In this document: piece by piece, positions 22,219 through 33,528 of the stretch
How the letters are laid out: each line of letters starts with the position of its first letter
Position numbering within the stretch: the first letter of the stretch is position 1
NCBI RefSeq assembly: GCF_004010195.1
Contig: NC_057750.1
Location: 2,993,167 to 3,033,731 of the forward strand
Origin: Chiloscyllium plagiosum
Lineage: Eukaryota
Length of the DNA: 40,565 nucleotides
Direction of reading: 5' to 3'
The notes under the pieces: generated by a model
What the model was told of the DNA's origin: nothing
Seen by the model: only the letters and a program-made list of their open reading frames with translations
The model's database searches: none
Position numbers and translations under genes: made by a program

Positions 22219-23644
22219 CTCTATTTGCAAAGATGGCAAACAGATTAGAACAACTGAAAGCAGAATTCCATGGATAAGTCATGAACATCAGTCAAGGATG
22301 GCTTCAAAATCTCAACTGCTCAGAACTGAAGAATTATCATCAGAACTCTATTTTCTTTGCACTTTCATCTCTCTCTCTCACTCTCCTGTATTCAACAAGA
22401 TATTTATGCTAACACTCTACAGTGCCCCTCCAAAGTAATCAGTGTATGAGCATATGTAAAATCATGAATTTTGAGGGTGGATAACAATACGGTCACCTCT
22501 TATGACACTGGCTACGTTCAGGAAGTTCTTGTCCTCTGAAAGAGCTCAGTGTCTTCCTGCATGTGGGTGCCAAAAAGGGATGCAAACTGGTTTTGCTGAT
22601 GAAGAGCCAGTTTCAGGTTGGAACTTGGAAGAATGGAGTTATGCAAAATCTATTCAAATTAAACTCTTGTCAGTACAGACTTTCCTGGTCATTTTTATAG
22701 CAAGTTATATATTTGACACAAGCCTAAAATCATAACACCCAGTAATCATTAGTATTTAACATAAGCAGAACATTTTCATTAAAATGAGATTGTTATTAAC
22801 AACTAAACACCAGTGACTTTCCAGGCAGTTCTAAAATTTTTGTTTTTAAACATCTCCCTGAAGGCTAGCATCCTGCAAACTAGTAATGTCCAGAATGCTT
22901 ATTCTGGCTTCCACAGTTCCAAACAGGGCGACACCCAAGACCAAGTGTAAATATACAGCCAGCAAGAGAGTTACACCCTTCTTCCTCCCTGCCTTTCTTT
23001 TAAATCAAAAAGGGACAACGTGGAAGAGTTTATTTTTGGGATACAAGTGTTGCCAGAACCCACAGGGTCATTGCCTCAAGATGGTGACACGTAAAAACAG
23101 ACTTACACAGTATTACTGGAACTCAACCAGGCTCCCCAGGGTTGGTGGGGTGGGGGAGGATGTGAAGGATAACAGAAGAATAAGTGATAGCTGCTTATCT
23201 AGTCCATCTTGTATCTTGCCCAGATTAGCCTAATCAACACAGACTGCACACCAAACTCAGAACATCCTGGTCTAGGAAAATCTTCGCCGCCTTAATTTTG
23301 CAAGGAGGTAACTGAATGGTGATCTAAAAAAAATTACAATTATGCAGCATCAGTAGGCCATTTTAAAGCAGCTTTAAAACCAATGACCTACTTTTGAAAC
23401 TCAGTCAATAATGTTTTGTAAGTAGAGTCTCTCAAACTGCCAACGAATAAACTGGCTGAAGCCATACCTAGCACAAAGGACGGAGATAGTGGTTGTGGAG
23501 ACCAATCACCTCAGCCTCAGGATATTGCAATGGGAGTTCCTCGACCAGCTTTTGATGCCGTTAACTCCAACATGAGGTCGGAACTGGAGATGTTCACTGA
23601 TAACTACAGGGTGCTCAGTACCATTCACGGTTCCTCAGATACTG

Positions 23645-24093
23645 ATAGAGTCATACAGCATTGAATCAGACCCTTTGGTCCAACCAGTCCAGGCCGACCA
23701 TAATCCCAAACTAAACTAGCCCCACCTGCCTCAACATAGCCCATATCCCTCCAAACCTTTCTTATTCATGTACTTACCTAAATGTCTTTTAAATGTAACT
23801 GTACTCACATCCACCACGTCATCTGGAAGTTCTCCCATGAACCATTCTGTATATAAAAATTGCCCCCATGTCTTGTTGAAATCTTTCTTCTCTTACCTTA
23901 AAAATATGCACCCTAGTCTTGAAATCCCCTGCACCAGGGGAAAAGATACCTGTCATTCACATACCTACATCCTTCATGATTGTACAAACCTCTATTAGGT
24001 CACCCCGAGCCTTCTACGCACCTGTAAAAGTCGTCCCAGCCTATCCAGCCTTTCCTTATAACTCAAACCCTTCATTCTGACAGCATATTTGTG
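23645..24093 (-). mobile_element. CR1 LINE 3' end
   Basis: ATAGAGTCATACAGCA...CCATATCCCTCCAAACC...TCCCAGCCTATCCAGCC, colinear with 16886-17330. Confidence 0.85.
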
Positions 24094-24415
24094 CATAGCA
24101 AAACCCAAACAATAGTTCAGACTTGGGTTGAGAAAAGGCAAGTAACATTTGTGCTACAGAGGTCCCAGGTAATAGCCATTTCTAACAATTTAAACACCAC
24201 TACAGCCCCCCACACCTTCACATTTAACAGAATAACCATAGCTGAGCATCCATCAAGATTCTAGTTCAGTTACTATTGCTAGGAACTTCATTGAACAAAT
24301 TACATAAATACTATGGCAGAAATAGCAGGTCAGAGGCTAGAGGAGGCAGCATATGCAAGTTCTCCTCCAAATCTCAAATTATCCTAACTTTGTAACTATA
24401 GTGGCATTCTTCACT

Positions 24416-24739
24416 GTCATAGAGTCATAGAGATGTACAGCATGGAAACAAACCCTTCGGTCCAACCAGTCCATGCCGACCAGATATTCCAACACAATCT
24501 AGTCCCACCTGTCAGCACCCGGCCCATATCCCTCCAAACCCTTCTTATTCTTATACCCATCCAAATGCCTTTTAAATGTTGCAATTGCACCAGCCTCCAC
24601 CACTTCCTCTGGCAGCTCATTCCATATACGTACTACTCTGTGTGATTAAAGTTGCCCCCGTACGTCTCTTTTATATCTTTCCCCTCTCACTCTAAACCTA
24701 TGCCCTCTAGTTCTGGACTCCCCCACCCCAGGGAAAAGA
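24416..24739 (-). mobile_element. CR1 LINE 3' end (young)
   Basis: Terminal (GTCATAGA)2 octamer repeat; CAGCCTCCACCACTTCCTCTGGCAG; colinear with the 16886 element. Confidence 0.9.
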
Positions 24740-24806
24740 TGAAGAACCTAAAACTCTCTCCCTAACAGCACTGTGGATATACCTCGGCAACAGCTTAATT
24801 CTGCGA

Positions 24807-25078
24807 CTATCAGCAGAAGATATAAAAGTTGGTAGACACGTACAAACAGATTCAACTATGGCTTCTTCCCCGCTGTTATCAGACTTTTGAATGGACCTCT
24901 CAAACGTTCATGTTGATCTCTCTCGCTCGGCACTTTCTCCGCAGCTATAACACTGTATTCTGCACTCTGTGCCACACAAGTTGCATCAGGATAGCAGAAC
25001 AATCTGCCTATATAGCACACAAAACAACATTTTTCACTGTATCGCAGTACATGACAACAATAAATCAAATTCAAAATT
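24807..25078 (+). mobile_element. Rex1/Babar-type LINE 3' end
   Basis: Translates RRYKS..TRTNRFNYGFFPAVIRLLNG (typical Rex1 ORF terminus); tail TTTTCACTGTATC..GTACATGACAACAATAAATCAAATTCAAA. Confidence 0.75.
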
Positions 25079-25862
25079 AGAGACTGGCAATAAATGTCGC
25101 CCAGATCTTAAGAAAAACACAAAATATCCTTTATGTTACTTGATGCCACAGAAACAAAAAAACCTAGAAAAATGGTTCAAATTAATAAACAGCAAATTTA
25201 GGACACTAAGAGATTGACAGCTTATTATGGGGTGAGCAATTTGTGGATTAAATCTAGTAGACAATAGAGGAGACAACAATTCCTGGAAGAAATTGAGAGT
25301 TGGATGTTTCAAGGGGAGAGCTGGATGATTTTTTCAGATGGAGAAACTAAAATAGCCTTCTCATCTTTCACTCTTGTAATCTTTAAGGCTGCACAGTGAT
25401 GAGTTTGCTCATTGAGGCACTGGGAGAAGCCATCAAATTAAACTATTAGAAATTGTTTGGGAATACATGCTTTCAGGTGTCAGATTACACATTTTCAAAA
25501 TAAATACTGGAAATTATAGACAATGCAAATCAGGATGCCAATCAGGAGTTTGCATTTCCACATTAAAACTGAGCAATACCATTACATTATATTAAGCTAC
25601 ATTAGAGTTGCTTTCAATCATGGCTCAAATTTCAATGAGAATTCTTGTCCTTCCTCTTTGTCATCTTGCCAATTCTTGTTGGAACACATTTGCAAAGGCT
25701 TCATCCAATACCGTGTCCCAGATGCTCAAATTCTGTGAGAGAGATAATGGTATTGATTGTTAGCAGACTACATGTTAGTTCAAGCCTACCCTCACCAATT
25801 AGAAGACCTGCATACAAAACCAAACTGCTCTTATTACACAGGAACAGGATTCCTGGATTGCT

Positions 25863-26262
25863 CAACATCCTGGGGATTACCAACCAGAACCTGAATCAGA
25901 TGAGCCAAATACTATAGCTATAAGAGCAGGTCAAAGGTTATGAATTCCAGGGTGAGTAACTCACTTCCTGTCTCTCTAAATCCTGTCCACCATCTACAAA
26001 ACATTAGTCAAGAACATAATGGTGTGTTCCCCATTTGCCTGCAGCTCCAACAACACTCAGGAAGCTCAACACGATCCAAGCCAAAGCTACCCACTTGATT
26101 GGCACCCTATACACTACATTCACAAGATGTACCATCTACAAAATGTGCTGTAGTAACACACCAACGTCCCTCCAACAGCACATTCAAACCATCGACCAAT
26201 ACTATCTGGAACAAGGGCATGGGAACTACATCTGCAACTCCCTTTTCAAGTCACACACCATT
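25863..26262 (+). mobile_element. Old CR1/L2-group LINE C-terminal fragment (same family as 23445)
   Basis: LSTIYK.., AAPTTLRKLNTIQAKATHLIG, CTIYKMCCSN; shares AGCAGGTCARAGG with about 24325. Confidence 0.65.
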
Positions 26263-26599
26263 TAGATAACAATTAAGCCGACAGTGAGATAAAGTTAAAA
26301 ATCACACAACATCAGGTTATAGTCCAACAGGTTTACATGTAAGTACTAGCTTTTGGAGCACAGTTCCTTCATCAGGTAGCTGTGGAATAGGATCATAAGA
26401 CACAGAATTTATTGCAAAAGATCACAGTGTCATGTATGCAACTGATACGATATACTGAACAAACCTAAATTGCTGTTAAGTCTTTCATCTTTTAGAATGG
26501 ATTGCACGTTTCGGTTCATTAATGTGTAAATCCCAGAAATTCTTTCAAATCACATTCTCAAGAAAATGTAAGGTTTTATTCAGAGCTGTACGTAGATGT

Positions 26600-27350
26600 T
26601 GTCCTGAAGGCTGGGCCATTTGCTGCAAACAATTGTCTGTTTAAGGTTTGGCGGTTGTTTAAAAGCAAGAAGTGGAGGCGCAGGGAAGGTCTTGGCGAGG
26701 TACTCATCCTCATCGATAATAGTCCAACAGGTATATTTGGAAGCACTAGCTTTTGGAGCACTGAAGAAGGAGCAGCGCTCTAAAAGCTAGTGCTTCTAAA
26801 TAAACCTGTTGGACTATAACCTGGTGTTGTGTGCTCTTTTTAACTCTGTACACCTTAATCCAACACCAGCACCTCCAAATCATGACTCTCATCGATAATG
26901 TGTTGCAGGTTGCGAAGAACATGGCGTAGTTTTTCCGCTCCCGGAAAGTACTGGACAACGAAGGGTACCCGATCGATTGTATCCTGTGTCGGTCTCCTGA
27001 GGAGGTCATTACAGTCTCTCGTGTTGGCACGTTGGAACTGGCAATCAATGAGTTTGAGCATCATACCCTGTTCTTAGTAGGGCGTCCTTCAGCATTTTCA
27101 GGTGTCCGTCGCGTTCCTCCTCATCTGAACAGATCCTGTGTATGCATAGGGCTTGCCCGTAGGGGATGGCTGTTTTAATATGTTTTGGGTGGAAGCTAGA
27201 GAAGTGCAGTATTATGAGGTTATCTGTGGGTTTGAGGTAGAGTGAGGTACTGAGGTGCACGTCCTTGATGGAGATGTGTGTGTCCCAGAATGAGACAGAT
27301 ACTAAAGAGGAATCCATGGTAAGTCTGATGGTGAGATGAAACTTGTTGAT
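26600..27350 (-). pseudogene. Penelope RT thumb/linker remnant (Neptune-like motifs)
   Basis: VSFWDTHI..LYLKPTD..LHFSSFHPKHIKTAIPYGQALCIHRICS..GY; RVPFVVQYFPGAEKL; PPLLAFKQPPNLKQTIV. The GIY-YIG region appears deleted. Confidence 0.88.
26721..26887. mobile_element. Fold-back family B element nested in the family B parent ORF
   Basis: Perfect 12-bp TSD CTCATCGATAAT (26709-26720, 26888-26899); 40-bp inverted arms; HHR remnant CTGAAGA-A-GGAGCAGCGCTCT-AAAAGCTA-GTG. Confidence 0.92.
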
Positions 27351-27619
27351 GTAAGACTTAACAGCAATCTAGGTTTGTTCACTATATTGTATCAGATGCA
27401 CGCATGACATTGTGATCTTTTGCTATAAATTCTGAGTCTTATGAACCTGCCCCACTCGCTACCTGACAAAGGAGCAGTGCTCTGAAAGCTTGCACTTCCA
27501 AATAAACCTGTTGGACTATAACCTGGTGTTGTGTGATTTTTATCTTAATCCACCCCAGTCCAACACTGGCACCTCCACATTAGTGAGATAGCTAGAGGAG
27601 GAGCGCACCTGGAGAAAGA

Positions 27620-27817
27620 CAGACAGAGACGAGGATGTAGAACTCCTTACCAGATGGGGTTGAAGCAAATGCATTTAAGAGGAAGCTAGATAAATAGGAG
27701 AGAGAAAGGAACTAAAGGTTATGATGGTAGGAATGGATGGAAGAAGGGAGTGAGGAGACTTGCATGGAGTATAAAAAAACATGGATAAGTTTGGTTCAGT
27801 GGATACTTTCTGTGTTG
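27620..27817 (+). mobile_element. Old CR1 3' fragment (similar fragment at about 35050-35260)
   Basis: GCATTTAAGAGGAAGCTAGATAAA...TGGAGTATAAA. Confidence 0.45.
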
Positions 27818-30029
27818 CCCATTCCAGTTAATTCTTGAACAGAATGTTTCAAACTATCATGGTGCAAATGAATGCAACGCACATACTGCCTTCTGTCTCA
27901 ACACTTTTACTTGTGATGAGCACGGTGCAAACCTTTTGATGTGATTCACATAGTCCTGAGAATTTTCATTTTCAGATTACAGTGGAACACTGTTTTCAAC
28001 ACAGTTTTGAGATTTCTACAGGCTGGGCAGCCTTTTTGTCTCCCTGCCATTGGTCAGAAGGGAATACTGGCTTCATCCCGGTTCAACAGTTTAACATCTG
28101 TCCAGGGCTGAGACAACACCCAAATTCAACCTTCAAAATATTCTCCTTGTACCGCACTTGTTGTGATAGACAATATTTTGAGGGGAGGAGAACAGAATGA
28201 AAAAAACATTCCTGAACATAAAAATTGGAGGATGTTTGAGTCTTTCTGTTCTGAGGTTCAGTGCTCCAATGTAGTTTATTTAAATCATAAATTTTATGTT
28301 GCTCAATTCTCAGCCTCAGCTTCAGGGACACCCACTGAGCATGATCCAGCCACTTCTCCATGGAGAACAAAAACTGTAACCACCCACCTCCACCACCCAC
28401 AGGCCTGCTTTCTCGCAAACCAGCAAGCAGCTGAGAGCAGGAAACGCAAGAACTGGAAATTGCAACGTCGACCTCTTGGTACATGTCTTAAGAAGGGCAA
28501 TGTGGCATTGGGGGATTTCTCTTCCTTAAGAAAAGGCCATAGCAAAAGTGTCTTTAACTTCCGTGAAACCCGCTCAAGTTAAACCATCTGTTGAAAAAGC
28601 CGCCTCATTTCTCAGAGCACCACCTGCATTAGATTATATTTCAGCACCAGCTATATTTAACACTTGGCCATTTCACGAGATAGTTGCAACCCTGCAGGCT
28701 GCAAAGGTTACAAGGGGAAAATTACACAATGTCCAACACATTTTATCAGTCTGAATTCTCAAACGGAGGAATACTGAGTGCACTGTTGAAATGTTAGCCA
28801 GATGTAGTAAAACATTACTTTGCCAGCAGACAAACAACTTACATTTATATAGCACCTTTGAAGCAGCAAAAGGCACGGCTCAGGATCACGATCCAACAAA
28901 GCTTGAAGCTGAGCTACCTAAGGAGACATAGAATGGGATTTATTTTCATTGAAATAGTGATTTAAATACCACAATGCAAAAAAACTGTGAAACTCACTAA
29001 GTTATCAGTGTCCCTTCTCTTGGGAGGGTTAGAACAAAATCAGGCCAGATTGATGCAAAGAAGTTCAGTTTTTCTGGTGATTGCAAGGGTCTCATAAAAG
29101 ATAAAGGTCAAGTTACTCTCAACCAAGACCCTCAGCACAATACTTAGGTTTATATTCTGAATTCTGGAGATTGATATTTTGTGCTGTTTCAATATTTGAA
29201 AAAAATGAGTTGAATACATTGATAAAAAATACATAGCTAAACAAGGTAACCAAATACCCTGTATTTTATCATCTCCCATCTGCAACTGGCTAGTGATAGT
29301 GGCCAAACTATGTCAGCAGCACTGTGCAATCAGAAACTAATCTGCCCAAGTAAGTTAATCAGGTCTTTGAAATGCACAAAACTGCATAGATTCAAAATAG
29401 ATATTTAAGAACAGCTTTGCTAGGAATGAGGTGTCAAGAGTTAACAACCCAAGAGGCAGGGGAGACACTTACTTTAGCACACCTACATCAGGGATTTAAA
29501 AAAAATTAATAGCATTTGTCTTATGTGCAATCAGAATATTTTTATCTTGAGTGTTGAGAATCCTGCAGTTTCCCCTCCCAAGGATTTGAATTATTTGCCT
29601 CACTTGGCATGTAACTAGTTAATTACCAGGAGCAACATTCAAAATTACTTAAAGCAATTGAAAAATTAGAAGTTTAGCTTCGAGTCCACTTCAGCACTAA
29701 GGAAATCAAATGTTGTGTAGCCAACTTCACTGCTGTCAAATAAAGTCAATGACCAGCAAGTTTAACCCAACCTTTTTGTTTGGCAACACTTGAAACAAGC
29801 AACTGAATGCAGTGGCAATCCCTTCTGTACGTACCATGGTTAAAAGGTTATCGTTAACCCTCTGCATCATAAGCCATCAACATCACATACTCAGGGCTGC
29901 AAAGTTAGTATGCTGGACAATCTGATCTGCTTACGAAACAGCACCTTTCCAAGTTCAAAGTTTGCGAGAAGATTTGTAGCTCGGGTGCTCGTTGCTGTGG
30001 TTCTGTTCGCCGAGCTGGAAGTTGTTATT

Positions 30030-30069
30030 GCAAACGTTTCGTCCCCTGTCTAGGTGACATCCTCAGTGC
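30030..30069 (-). ncRNA. Minimal type I hammerhead ribozyme motif (family C), intact
   Basis: rc GCA-CTGAGGA-T-GTCACC-TAGACA-GGGGAC-GAA-ACGT-T^TGC; stem I GCA/TGC. Confidence 0.75.
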
Positions 30070-30314
30070 TTGGAAGCCTCCTATGAAGCGCTTCTGTGGT
30101 GTTTACTCCAGCATTTATAGTGGCCTGTCCCTGCCGCTTCCGGTTGTCAGTTTGTGGCACTCATCCACAAACTCCATCAACAAACACATAGACCTGGACC
30201 CAATATACCGGCCACTACAGCGGACAGCTGAAACTGCCAACTGGAAGCGGCAGGGACAGGCCACTATAAATGCCAGAGGAAACACCACAGAAGCGCTTCA
30301 CAGGAGGCTCCCAA

Positions 30315-30354
30315 GTACTGAGGATGTCACCTAGACAGGGGACGAAACGTTTGC
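30315..30354 (+). ncRNA. Minimal type I hammerhead ribozyme motif (family C), intact
   Basis: GTA-CTGAGGA-T-GTCACC-TAGACA-GGGGAC-GAA-ACGT-T^TGC; one U.G wobble in stem I. Confidence 0.72.
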
Positions 30355-31104
30355 AACAAAAACTTCCAGCTCAGCGAACAGAACCACAGCACCTTTCCAA
30401 GTCTCATAGGTTAAAAGCATTCAGAGGAAACCCAGATGGGAACACATTTACTGTAAATGTAGGCATCAATACATTACAGTCTTTATATGTAGCACAAAAC
30501 TAGAGGATGACTGCTCTCTGCCTCAGTCTCATATGGAGCTGAATAACTCTCATTAATAGGAGTTTTCTGTCCATGTCACACCAGCTGCATGATTGATGGA
30601 TCCCAAAAGACACTCACTTTGCCTTGCGTCGCTGTGGGTAAAGCCACGGGATATCCACCAATTAAACTGAAGGACTACATTGCAGTGATTTCAACATTAC
30701 ACACAAATGATAGACTATTCAAAATAAAAGTGCAGACGTCATTGAAAAACAACACAATATCCTGATACACTTAAATGGATGCCAAATCAGGACCAAGACA
30801 GCAAAATCAATGAAACAAAGGGATTTGAAAGTAAAAAAGCCTGGAAACATGGTCGCATCAGGTGCAACACCTTCATTAGTAAATTGTCAGGATCTAAAGC
30901 AATGTGAACCGCAAATCTAACTACACTCAGGATCATGCCAAGACCTGTTGGTAGACTGATTACCTGAATAGTTTTGTTTTGAATTGTCATGTTAAGTGAA
31001 AAACATCCGCTATGGCGCACTTCTCAAGCTTTCACCGTAAATTTCTCTGCCAATCCTGTACCATTTTTGCTTTCACCTTCTAAAATGTTCTCCATCAGCA
31101 CTCC

Positions 31105-31535
31105 TGAAGGCAGCAACTTATGCATAGCAAGCTCCCTCAGTGAAAAGTGACAGTGATCAAATAATCTGCTCCTCGTGGTTTTGTTCAAGGACTAAATATC
31201 AACACTGGGGAGAACTCCTCAGCTTTACATGCACCTGACAGGGGATTTGGTTTAAGCTCTCGTCTGAAAGAGAGCATCTCCCTCAGTACTACTTTGGGGC
31301 ATCAGTCTAGATCTTGCGCTGAAGACTCCAGAACAGGACTTGAATGCATAACGTTCTGAGTCAGAGTGAGTATTCCAGGAGAAAGTGAGGACTGCAGATG
31401 CTGGAGATCAGAGCTGAAAGAAGTGTTGCTGGAAAAGCACAGCAGGTCAGGTAGCATCCAAGGAGCAGGAGAATTGACGTTTCGGGCATAAGCCCTTCTT
31501 CAGGAGTATTCTACCAACTGAGTCACGGCTGATAC
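31105..31535 (-). mobile_element. SacSINE1-like SINE, tRNA head interrupted by a family A PLE
   Basis: GCATAGCAAGCTCCC, GGGGAGAACTCC, CTCGTCTGAAAGA, CCCTCAGTACT, GGACTTGAA (B-box rc), CTACCAACTGAGTCA (A-box rc). Confidence 0.65.
31376..31503 (-). mobile_element. PLE family A copy with HHR core
   Basis: rc CTGAAGA-A-GGGCTTATGCCC-GAAACGTC; 8-bp TSD GAGTATTC (31368-31375, 31504-31511). Confidence 0.88.
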
Positions 31536-31736
31536 GAACATAAACACAATCTCATATAAACATAACATAAACATAACAATAAACATAAATCACAATCTCA
31601 GAACCTCAAAAGACAGTTCAGAGCTAACTTCAAAGTCTTACAACTATTCTAATGAAACCAAACTATGCAAACACGATCAGACAAACTGCAGGAAAGCAAA
31701 TGGCCATAACTGATTTTTCATAATATTAGTTGAGGG

Positions 31737-31740
31737 GAGT

Positions 31741-31790
<50 letters not shown>

Positions 31791-31794
31791 CAGA
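31737..31794. repeat. (GA)n microsatellite
   Basis: Read directly. Confidence 0.95.
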
Positions 31795-33291
31795 CCCAAT
31801 CCCTCAATCATCAGGACAAGATTAACTGAACAAGAGGATTCAAACAAAGGATCCCTTGGTTTAAAATGCCAGGCTTGGCATGAATGGTAGCATTTCACTT
31901 CTGACCCAGAGCCAAATTGTCACTAGCTAAGAAAGGTGATATTTTAAACTTTCCAAGCCTCCAAGATTCTGTACAAGCCTGGGCCATTCTCTAATTAAAA
32001 TTCCTGCTGGTCAGACTCACTGAGACATGCCAGTAGCTACTGAAGGCAACACTTACTAATCAGAATCACATGAAATGCTACTATTAAAAATGCAAGGACC
32101 AGCCCTGCTCACAGCACTACGTGTTAAATGCTGATTAGAATCATTAACACTTACTAGAGATTTAGCACTTGACATCTAATTATCTATTTTTAATGGAACA
32201 GATGTGAAAAAATTAACAGTTTAATCCCTTTTCCTGTGGCAATTCTCTCACCTCATGAAAGCACTAAGCCCCTGCAATGTTATAGTGCACTGGCCCTCTG
32301 TTACCTCAGCTTGAAGGATATTTTCCTATTTGCGCTGACATAGTCAGCGATGGGGAGCTGACAATCAGAGCTGAGGCCAGGTCTTACAGACAGAGATGTA
32401 CAGCACGGAATGTCCATGTTCTCACTCAAGATTGATTTCTCGGAGCACTCTGGGGCAGGGCCCAGGTTGATTTTACAGAGGCCATCTCTAATACCCATAG
32501 CACGACCCCAGCTCAGATTAACTCTGTAAGGATACTTTTCTCTGTTAGAAGGCAGGTTGAGAAAGTCCTGGGTTCCTGGCTTCTCTAAACCCTGCCGTAA
32601 TTCCTGTGGACAGGTACCAAAGGGAATTCGTTCACAGTGTGACTGTGATAGAGTGGGTCAAGACACACTCCAGAATAATTTACATTTATACAGTGTCTAT
32701 CAGAGTAAAACACAGAAGGCAATTCAAAGGCCTAATCCTGACCAAATCTGAAAGTGAGCCTCATGAGGAACAAGTAGAATGCAGTGAGGGAGGAAGGCTT
32801 TAAGGAGCATAGTCAGAGAAGGCTATAGGGAGGTTATTTCAGAACTTGACCCATGTAGCTATATAAATGCAAACTGTTGCTGAACCTTTCTGCTCCATAT
32901 GGCTAACAAGTGAAAAGACAGGAAGCCTCATAACATTTAAGAAGTCCTCAGGTGCACACCTGGAACAACATAACCCACTAGGCAGCAGATCAAGAGCTGG
33001 AAAGTGGATTTGCTCAAATATCCTGGGCCAAAAGACCTCCCTCCATCCGAGAATTTTACATTTTTCTATTTTAAGAGGTGAAATCATAAAGGTATCTTGA
33101 AGCTTAAACAGAAAGCATGTGGGCTAAAGGCCCACTCCAGGATTTGAGGACTTAAACTAGTGTCTTGCAATGCTGAGGGATTTATGTTTAGATGAGGTGT
33201 TAAATAGAGGTTCCACCAGCCTGTTCATTTGTGAAAGAAATTCCACAATACCATTTAAAAAGGAAGTGAAGTTCTTAGCGTGCTGACATAT

Positions 33292-33528
33292 AAACTAAAA
33301 GCAAAATACTGTGGATGCTGGAATTTGCAATAAAACAAGACATTCTGGAGAAACTCAGTAGGTCTGACAGTATCTATAGAGAAAGAAACAGAGCTTACAT
33401 CTGGAGTCCAGTGTGACTCTGCTTCAGGACTCAATGTTGTGTTCTGAACAGGACTTGAAACGTAAACTGTTTCTCTCTCCAAGATGCGGCTGGACCCGCT
33501 GAGTTTCTCCAGCAGTTTGCTTATATTT
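33292..33528. mobile_element. Fold-back PLE family D insertion, decayed HHRs
   Basis: CTGGAGAAACTCAG...AGAGAAAGAAACAG versus CTGTTTCTCTCTCC...CTGAGTTTCTCCAG; GGACTTGAAACGTAAAC. Confidence 0.75.

Larger units (their letters stand above)
23445..24800 (+). mobile_element. Old CR1/L2-group LINE RT remnant, interrupted by two younger CR1 copies
   Basis: Decayed WLKPYLAQR..., QPQDIAMGVP (GVPQG motif), EMFTDN (FADD motif) at 23450-23640; continues at about 24095 (QTWVEKRQVTF). Confidence 0.65.
26292..27581 (-). mobile_element. Truncated Penelope-like retroelement (family B parent) with inverted pLTRs
   Basis: 26292-26484 inverts 27353-27545; 9-bp TSD AGTGAGATA (26283-26291, 27582-27590); RT remnant inside. 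Confidence 0.93.
29955..30385. mobile_element. Fold-back Penelope (family C): inverted pLTRs around the GIY-YIG C-terminus
   Basis: About 160-bp inverted arms; centre translates WHSSTNSINKHIDLDPIYRPL; perfect 17-bp flanking repeat ACAGCACCTTTCCAAGT (29938-29954, 30386-30402). Confidence 0.93.

Noticed and set aside
23101..23125. Minus-strand TTCCAG|TAATACTGT|GTAAGT possible 9-nt microexon
   Set aside because: Poor pyrimidine tract in a G-rich context, probably within an old repeat.
28083..28582. Overlapping 139-aa (plus) and 133-aa (minus) ORFs
   Set aside because: No recognisable domain or convincing splice sites; lengths are compatible with chance.
29467..29500. Minus-strand TAG|GTGTGCTAAA|GTAAGT possible 10-nt microexon
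   Set aside because: Weak polypyrimidine tract and not frame-preserving.
29955..30385. Viroid-like or Obelisk-like endogenous RNA (rod-like fold, ribozymes on both strands)
   Set aside because: Fully explained by an inverted Penelope pLTR with a GIY-YIG C-terminal remnant and a TSD.
31537..31600. AACATAAAC-type short repeats
   Set aside because: Low-complexity slippage repeat with no further structure.
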